In this document: piece after piece, positions 11,484 to 19,507 of the stretch
How positions within the stretch are numbered: position 1 is the stretch's first letter
How the letters are laid out: every line of letters begins with the position of its first letter
Assembly: GCF_001194135.2 (NCBI RefSeq)
Contig: NC_068985.1
Span: forward strand, 36,643,239 to 36,686,029
DNA length: 42,791 bases
From: Octopus bimaculoides
Taxonomy: Eukaryota
Direction of reading: 5' to 3'
Program-made: the position numbers and the translations under genes
Notes under the pieces: generated by a model
Database searches by the model: none
Seen by the model: the letters and a program-made list of their open reading frames with translations, nothing else
Told to the model about the DNA's origin: nothing

Positions 11484-12466
11484 AGTCAGTTGTGCGATCT
11501 TTCGAGTTCAAACCTAGTGTCTGTGATTGAAAAAAGACAAGCATTGTGACGTTCCGCCTTTTCTTTAAATTAACTTCGAAAGAACACTGAAAGAGTTACA
11601 ACTAAGAATTGAAACCAGGTCGCTATCTCTGTATATGAAGGAGGTCAAGAAAGCACATACATAAACATACACACGCTTACATAAAAAATAACTTTCAAGT
11701 GTTAAATTATTGCCGCCTGTTTGAATTAAATATTCAGTTTTTGGCATTGTTATCTACTAATTAAAAATTTGCTCTCATTTTTGGCAAATAGTTTTTTTTT
11801 GTGTCACCGTGTAACAAAATGTTAGTTTATCTCATTTTACTTATCATGAGAAGTGTGAACTAATACTTTCGCTTACAGTGCAGGGTTAGATGTAGGTCAA
11901 AATTCGATTAGTCAGCCATGACTGGAATTTATAGATGATTTATTTTTGGACAGCTCATTTAATATAAGAAACACTTGATGTAAATACGATATTTAGCTGC
12001 CCACTACACCTCTAGCTACTGGTATATATGACAACATCACATTCGACAGTCTAAACCTTTCAAGAGCCACGTATAATATATACGATAGCTTTCAAGGTTT
12101 TAATAACATTATTGTATTCCAATTCCATTATATAATTTCACACATGATGTCTAATTAAAATTTCCTTTAAAATATAATCCAAACAAAAAATATATATGTT
12201 GTATGAACAAAGGGAACGAAAACTGATTCATTTTGAGGTATGAGAAACAGAAATATAGATTCCTCAAATAATCCATGATCTTCCTTTATCCCCTCATTTA
12301 TTTAAGCGACCATAAAGTTTCGCCTATACGACGGTTTTCGTGATCCAATTCTGTCTATAGGGTTAAGAGAGTGCAACATTCTAATATGGTTAAGGGAAAA
12401 TTTATTGGTGATAAAACAGATAAATGTTCGACTGGTAATAGCAGTTTGCCTGGATGGGAATGGTTT

Positions 12467-12554
12467 TTGACGTATCAGATCATCTAGATTTTCTCATCCG
12501 CCATTTTGGTTTCTCTCGAAATTTTCTTTCAGTGGCGGATGACGCATACGTCAA
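12467..12554. promoter_or_regulatory. Candidate cis-regulatory dyad (CRE-like TGACGTA plus YY1-like CCGCCATTTT)
   Basis: Non-repetitive, CpG-containing stretch. TTGACGTAT and TCATCCGCCA each recur in inverted orientation. Function is inferred only. Confidence 0.3.
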
Positions 12555-12956
12555 CAAATTTAATAACTAAATCCCTATATACGCTATATTCTCTCGCTTT
12601 GGGTATTTCGTTAGTTTTTCTCAGTCATCATGACTGCCTGATACCGATCTATGACTCTCGGAACTTCTTCATATTTCCCCCTCTTGTCTATCCGTTTGTC
12701 AGTCAGTCTGCTTTTTACTTGCAGTTGAAACCACGTCATTAATATTAACAAAAGAAAAAAAAAGAAGAAAAGTGGTTGTAAATCAAAAAGAAAATAAGAA
12801 AAAAATCCACAACTAATGAATAAGAGATTAAGGAAAAATAAACAAAATATTTAAAAAATTTATTTCGAGGGTATATTTTATGTGTAATAAATTACTTGTC
12901 TGCTATTTTTTCGTGATGAAACTTTTTTTTGCACATTCTGATATATAGGAAATTAC

Positions 12957-13042
<86 letters not shown>
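12957..13042. repeat. (ATCT)n microsatellite
   Basis: Direct reading. Confidence 0.97.
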
Positions 13043-13502
13043 TTAGTTGATTATAAGCGTTTATATGTATGTGTGTATGTATTTATTAAACTATTTTCTC
13101 ATAATTTTCTATTTCGTCTCTCTTTCTCATATAAGCATATCATATATATTGATATGTCTAAAGAAGATTCAATTGTCGGATATAAAAAAACAACCACCAA
13201 ATTTAGGCAGATGATGAATAAGGTGGCATATCATTTATCTGTTTGGTTAGCGGCATAAGATTTTTTTGATTAACAGTCCTGAGGTCAACTTCAGTGTGTT
13301 GTCTTAGCTTTTCATTTCTCATTAGATATTTACGATATCTGAAATATATATGTAAAAATAGAATAGGCACTGGACTACTTTTTGCTAATATTCTGTTGAG
13401 AGTAGCCCAAGTTTTTCAAGCTTGTTAGACCTGGGCTAATAGATTTAAGTGACTCGTCTAAAAACTTTCGATGAAATACAAACTTTATTATTACTGCTTC
13501 TT

Positions 13503-13716
13503 GAAGCGGCGAGCTGCAGAATCGTTGGCATGCCAGGTAAAATGTATAGCGGCCATTTCATCCGTCTTTATGTTCTCAGTTCAAATTCCACCGAGGTCGA
13601 CTTTGCCTTTCATCCTTTCGGGTTCGATGAAATAACTACCAGCTGAGCACTGGGGTTGATGTAATTAACTAGTCCCCTTCCTCACAATTTCAGGCCTTGT
13701 GCCTATAATGGAAAAG
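13503..13716 (+). mobile_element. tRNA-derived SINE S1, near full length
   Basis: A-box-like GGCGAGCTG.CAGAATCGTTGG, B-box-like GTTCAAATTCC, core GAGGTCGACTTTGCCTTTCATCCTTTCGGG. Flanked by the 16-bp direct repeat ATTATTACTGCTTCTT. Confidence 0.88.
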
Positions 13717-13732
13717 ATTATTACTGCTTCTT

Positions 13733-13893
13733 AAGGCGGTGAGCTGGCAGAATGCTTAACGATATTTTGCCCGTCTTTACGTTCTGAGTTCAAATTCCGC
13801 TGAAGTTGACTTTACCTTTCATCCTTTCAGGGTCGATGAAATAAGTGCCAGTCGAACGCTGAAGTTGATGTAATCGACAAGTCCCTTCCCCAC
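13733..13893 (+). mobile_element. SINE S1, second tandem copy with internal deletion
   Basis: AAGGCGGTGAGCTGGCAGAA..GAGTTCAAATTCCGC..CATCCTTTCAGGGTCGATGAAATAAG. Confidence 0.85.
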
Positions 13894-13909
13894 AATACAC
13901 ACACACAAT

Positions 13910-14125
13910 ATATATGAACATGTCTATGTATGCAACTATATGCATGAGAATACATAGATAAAGCAAAACATACAAATCTGCACATATGCATACATACAAA
14001 AATACCCTGTTGTTGATGTTGAAATTCCAATGAAGGAGTCTTGGATCTAGGTTAAAAGTCGACTCTTTCTCTATTAGCAAGAAATCTTGAAATAAAAGTG
14101 AATAATGACATACATACATACATGC
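13910..14125 (+). repeat. ~210-bp unit with a second copy at 14207-14341 plus 15592-15730
   Basis: Shared CATGTCTA..AACTATATGCATGA.AATACATA..TAAA.CAAAACA.ACA.ATCTGCACA and CAAAAATACCCT.TTG..GTTG..GAAATT.CA.TGAAGGAG.CTTGGATCTAGGTTA..GAAATCTTGAAATAAAA.TGAATAAT. Confidence 0.8.
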
Positions 14126-14274
14126 ATAAATTCGAAGACTACAGATCCAAGCCGTCACTGGAATTGTAAAAATCTGTCATACTTTCGAGAAGTTTATCAT
14201 TTAAGTATATATGAGCATGTCTAGACATGAAACTATATGCATGAAAATACATACATAAAACAAAACACACATAT

Positions 14275-14341
<67 letters not shown>

Positions 14342-14342
<1 letters not shown>

Positions 14343-15591
14343 TTGGTCATCCCATGAATAATGCATTTTTTAATACTTCTTTTATTTTTGAAAATTAAGT
14401 TCTTTTTAAATCTTCAGTTTCTACAATGCTCTTCCATCTATCTGGTAGACTTGCAAGGCTCCTCTTCCAAAATTCACTTGAAAGATACTCCTCCAGTACT
14501 GTTCTAACCTCGTCTACAGAATTCATATCTTTTCTGTCCAAATGATTTTGAAAACTGCGGAATAAATGATAATCAGATGGGGCAATGTCCGGCGAATATG
14601 TTGGATGAGGCATCATTTCTCATTCAAACTGCTCCAGCCTTTGGAATGTCATCCTCGTTATATGTAGCCGAGCATTATTCTGATGGAAGAACACTTTTCG
14701 TCTTGAAAGCAAAGATGGTCGTCTTTCTTCTTGCGCTGACTTAAGCCGCTCAAACTGTTCGCAGTAGATCTCCTTTGTTATCGTTTAGTTTGGGTTGAAA
14801 AGTTCAAAGCGGACTAAACCTTTCATATCTCACCAAACAGATAACAACACCTTACATGGGTGAAGACCTTCTTTAGCCTGGGATGCCGGTGTTTCTCTTT
14901 TCCTTACCCACTGTCTTCGGCGCTTGACATTTTTATAGAGAGCCCATTTCTCGTCACCAGTCACTATTTGGTCAAAAAAAAAAAAAAGAAAAGGTTCATT
15001 CGTGAGATGTGACTCTCTACGCGCGATTAGACTCGGAATGTTTGTGAGGAACTTATTGACCCAATTTCCCGACTTATCCGATGGCACGCAGGTGTCGATG
15101 AATGGTTGAATGACCAAATCCAAGCTTCTCTGTTAGTTCCTCAACAGTTGCAATGGGATTTTGTTCCATCAGGGTTTGCAGGACGTCCTCGTCGAGCCCT
15201 GCAGATCTTCCAGGACGAGGCTCGTCTTCTAGACTGTAGTTTCCAGCTCGAAATTTCTAGAGCCACCGTTGACCTTGGCTTACGCTCATTGTCTAATCTC
15301 CATATTGTATAAATATTCCTCGCACTTTCCGTTGCGTTGTTGCCTTTAGTGAACCCACAAAGCAAAATATGCCGAATATGCTCCTTTGTCACTTACATTA
15401 TAGCTTTGAAAAAATAACTGTTAAAATCGAACTGCACTCTTCAAAACTGACACCAAGAATAAGTGGATGGTAAAATTACTACCTGCTTTTATAGCAAGTT
15501 GAGCAAGTTGATGCCTGTAGTTTATCCTGTCCTCCTCCGACTTTTAGTTCATGCAATTGAAAAAAACCTCATTATTTATGGGATGACCCAA
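14342..15591 (-). mobile_element. Full-length (1250 bp) defective mariner transposon
   Basis: TIRs TTTGGTCATCCCATGAATAATG and CATTATTTATGGGATGACCCAA, with TA on both sides. ATG at 15398 is followed by TAA. Motifs TKEHIRHILL, IVTGDEKW, HQNNAR (second D lost) and PHPTYSPDIAPSDYHLFRS, with frameshifts. Confidence 0.95.
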
Positions 15592-15879
15592 TACATACAT
15601 ACAAAAATACCCTATTGATGTTGTTGAAATTTCAGTGAAGGAGCCTTGGATCTAGGTTAGAAACTTGCACTTTCTGTATTAGTTAGAAATCTTGAAATAA
15701 AACTGAATAATAACATACATACATACATACATACATATATAAGTATATACATATTTATGTGAAGTGCAGTCAGTAGTCACTTTCGAGAGAGTATAGCTCG
15801 GTAAAAGTATCATTTTTTCACCGTTCATTTTAAGTGTTTATGTATCCCATGATTAGCCACAGATATGCTCTCAGTTCCT

Positions 15880-16065
15880 TCATCCGTGACCGAGCGGCAC
15901 ATTCAGGACGTAACTGATGAAGGGAGAAATAGATTGGTACTTATTTATAACTGAGTGGGCTAGGAAAATGTGAAGTGAAGTGTCTTGCTCAAGGACACAA
16001 CACGCCGCACAGTTCAGAAATTGAATGATCATGAATCAGACAACCTGACCACTAGTCCACGTACC
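15880..16065 (-). mobile_element. tRNA-derived SINE, family S3 (partial)
   Basis: GAAGTGTCTTGCTCAAGGACACAACACGCCGC..CCACTAGTCCACG matches 28760-28857. Confidence 0.7.
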
Positions 16066-16077
16066 TTCACACATATA

Positions 16078-16183
16078 TTCATACATACATACATACATAC
16101 ATACATACATACATACACACATACACACACACATACATACATACGTACATACATACATACATACATACATACATACATACATA
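16078..16183. repeat. (TACA)n microsatellite
   Basis: Direct reading. Confidence 0.95.
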
Positions 16184-17694
16184 CGCACTTATATTAATGC
16201 ATATTTACATACAATACAACAAATGCATACTTGAATGGATACACATGCATATGCCTACATACACACGCGCTCTTCGCAAGCATTTCCTTAAGATAATTTA
16301 AATCTATAACCGTCTAACGAAAATAATTAGCGTTGTAGAACAGATATTCCTACCTGCAGGCCTTGCTACCAATTAAAGGCACTTAAATCTGTCAACATCT
16401 TCTAATTGGTCGGTCAAGATTCGACTTGAACAACCATGATGTGATATGAACGTGATGTTTGTTTGATTTCATCATCGTGGAGCCAGCTATATTATTATCA
16501 CGGCTAAATTAGAATCAATTAATGAACATTAAATCTAACGATGGAGTAATTCAATGATTGAAACTCTACCAGAAATAACAGTCAAATTATCCTCACGTTG
16601 CACTATCCGCCTTAAATAAGAAAAGACACGTTTAGAAATAGCAAATTTAAAAATAGACTGAGTGGTCTCGGTTCGGCTAGGGTGTTTGATCAGTGTTGAC
16701 CTGGTGCTAAACAACAGCCGCAGCGACAACAACAACATCAACTAACAAAGAACTGTTGAACTGTTGCTGAAATAGTCAAACTATATAGTATTAGTTACGA
16801 AAGAAAGAGAAAGATAGGAAGAGATAAAAAAAAAAAGGAGAGCGAATTAATAAAAATATAGAGGAAGATGGGGACGGATTAAAAGTTGTTCAATATAAGC
16901 TCTTATTGTTGGTGTTTAGTTCCAGTTTTTCCCTGACCAGGGAGGACAGGTTTGCGAATTGTGATTTAGTTGTATTTATAGTCAATGTATGTGTGGGCGC
17001 GGGTAGATGTAATAAAAGGGTCTGGTATACCCTTTTTTTTTTAAATAAAGAGTTTATTTTGACTATTAGAAAATAAAGCTAAATAAATTTAATTTGTTAG
17101 CCAATGGGGTTGTATTTAAGTGGATAGCGTGACGTGGCAATTCAAAAATAGGATAAGGCAAGACATGTTGGTATATTTGCAAGAAACGAATTCTAGGGTG
17201 CATAAAGTAGTTTTTGAAAACGGTCGTAGTTAGAGGTTATAACACAGATTAAATAGTGTAGTGTACAATGAAATGAGGCTAATGTTTGTGTGGTGTGTGT
17301 ATATGTGAGTAAAGAAATTTGGGGCGGGTACATTTGTTTTTCAGACAATGAAGGTCACAGAGTAGAATAAGGGAGAGTTTGCGTGGGATAATGTAGTGGT
17401 TGTGGAGACATGTATTACTGGTTTTCAAGTTGATTAATTTAATAGTCTATTTGACTATTTACGGGATGGTATGTGTAGTGTGTAAGAAGCAACGTTCAGT
17501 AACAGAACAAGAAAACCATATGTTGGTTTGTAAATAGCAGAGGCAGGAAGCAGAGGAGGGGGTGTCGACTAGAGCGAAAAAATCAGTCAGATAGACAGAT
17601 AGACACGAGATGCATATACTTACTAACAGACACATGCAAAAAGATATGCATGCAGAAATTCATATTTATATGTGTGGATGTATGTATGTATGTA

Positions 17695-18395
17695 CAGGTG
17701 TAAGTCGAAAATTATATGCACTCTTGTTTCTGTAATTTATTAAAACAAAAGCCGGGGTTGAACAATTACATCATTTTCGACAAAGTTTCGTAGCTCTTCG
17801 ATGCACTTCTTCCGGCGGTCCACAAGCTTGCTTATCCATCGGAGAAGAATGTTTTCGGCTGGTCGCGCAGCCATTCATACACCGCGTCCTGCATTTCTTC
17901 GTCCATAGCAAATCGATGGCCTCGTAACGGATGTTCCGAGCGGTTCAAAGAGGCGAAGTCTGGTCTGTACGCAGGGCATTCCAGTAGCCCGAAACCCAAT
18001 TTTTCAATGGTTTCAACGGTGTAGGTGGCTGTATGTTAGCGTGCAACCATAACACTTACTTTGACAATAGACTTTTACGTTAGGTGCGAATTGTTGGCTT
18101 CAGTTTGTTGGCCAGCATTTCACTATAAACTACACTGTTGACTGTAGATCCCCTTCCTTGGTAATGTTTCAGCATAGGCCCTTTGGCGCCCCTCAAATAG
18201 TAAGCATCACATTTTCTGTCAAAGGTTTGGTCTTGAATTTCTTTTTCGCTTGCGATTCAGAGTGTTTCCATTCCTTACACTGCTTTTTGAATTCTGGCTC
18301 AATGTGGTGGACACAATCTCTTCTCCTGTGACTATTCTCTCCATAAATACTTCACACTCATCATTGTAGCGGTCGAGTAAGCGTTGATAGATCTC
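17695..18395 (-). mobile_element. Mariner transposon relic, C-terminal half (irritans-like)
   Basis: Minus strand: QRLLDRYNDECEVFMERIVTG..CVHHIEPEFKKQCKEWKHSES..KKKFKTKP..VMLTI. A TIR-like end TA|CAGGTGTAAGTCGAAAATTAT lies at 17693. Confidence 0.82.
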
Positions 18396-18438
18396 TTGGT
18401 ACTCACCTCAGAAGGGAATATAAAGGCATGCATGTGTT

Positions 18439-18471
<33 letters not shown>

Positions 18472-18843
18472 TCATATATACATACAAAAATGCAAACGTA
18501 CAAAAATAAGTATAAACAGAAGGATGTGCATACCCCATGTGCATGAAATCGGGTGTGCGTAAGACTGGATGAACGCCTATACACATAAATAGGTGAGGCA
18601 TATAGATAGGCACCTATAAGGATACACACACGCACATATGCATACATATTTACGTACATACAAATACACACGCGCACACATATGACATTTCTTTTTTCTT
18701 TTCGTTTTCCGGTGTTTTCAACCTTGCACCTTTTACATCTACTTTCTTCTCGCCTTTTCTTATGGAGTAGATACGCAAAGAAGTGATTGAAAGACCAGTT
18801 CAGATATATTTGAGAGATATTTGAACTTATAAAAGGCTTTTCA

Positions 18844-19069
18844 TTGCAGTGGGGGAAAAGTTGTCGATTAAAACAAAAAAGTGTCAGAGCACCGTAGTCG
18901 GATCAGAGCGCTCTCTATTGGACTGGTGGATATGTATTGCGGACTCTTCAGTCTTCTTCAGCACCAGATACCAAAGAGACAACTCTGACATTACTGGGAC
19001 GAAAATTCCTTTTAAAAATAAATATATTAATAATATTAACTGATAGCGCATATTGGTCACTAGCTTGGA
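18844..19069 (-). mobile_element. 226-bp non-coding hammerhead-bearing insert A, flanked by a 40-bp diverged direct repeat
   Basis: Direct repeats at 18804-18843 and 19070-19109 (35/40 identical). Internal degenerate type I hammerhead at 18923-18967. Confidence 0.7.
18923..18967 (-). ncRNA. Degenerate type I hammerhead ribozyme motif (probably inactive)
   Basis: Minus strand: CTGGTG-CTGAAGA-AGAC-TGAAGA-GTCC-GCAA-TACATA-TC-CACCAG. Stem I is a perfect 6 bp. GAAA is mutated to GCAA and the first stem II pair is an A-C mismatch. Confidence 0.65.
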
Positions 19070-19217
19070 ATACATTTGTGAGATATTTGAACTCGTAAAA
19101 GTCTTTTCACAATTGTTTGCCATGGAAAAAAATATTTAAGGAAACTAGTTAAGATAATTAGAAATAACGAATTTCTAAATCTCTCAGAGAGACTTAAGCA
19201 GTAGTGATGCGATAAAG

Positions 19218-19507
19218 TAGTTGTATACTGCCAACTTAACGTGACAGTCCCAATAAGGGAATATACTACTGCTGTTTAGCCCTAGGAAGCCAGACCGCTT
19301 CCTATTAGGCCTTGACACACTTTCTGTGCCCTTATCCTTACGAAGGGGAGACAAACTCCTCCAGCCAGCCCAGCCTGCATTCAGGGACATGTTTCTGAGT
19401 CTTTGCTCGTCATCAGCCTGAAGTAGCATGACCGGCTAGCTGAAGAAATCTGTCTCAGCTTCGTAAGGATATACTATTTCAGTGAGATACTATCCACTGG
19501 TAACAAA
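19218..19507 (-). mobile_element. 290-bp non-coding hammerhead-bearing insert B (retrozyme-like), flanked by a perfect 62-bp direct repeat
   Basis: Identical 62-mers at 19156-19217 and 19508-19569. Internal type I hammerhead in a ~139-nt rod hairpin, plus smaller hairpins such as TAGGAAGC/GCTTCCTA. Confidence 0.82.
19380..19422 (-). ncRNA. Minimal type I hammerhead ribozyme motif
   Basis: Minus strand: TTCAGG-CTGATGA-CGAG-CAAAGA-CTCA-GAAA-CATG-TC-CCTGAA. All core nucleotides are present, stem I is 6 bp, stem III is the palindrome ACATGT, and the GUC cleavage triplet predicts a cut between 19386 and 19385. Confidence 0.82.

Noticed and set aside
17100-17145. CCAAT, TATTTAA and TGACGTGG motifs as a promoter
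   Set aside because: The order and spacing are not diagnostic and no downstream exon was found.
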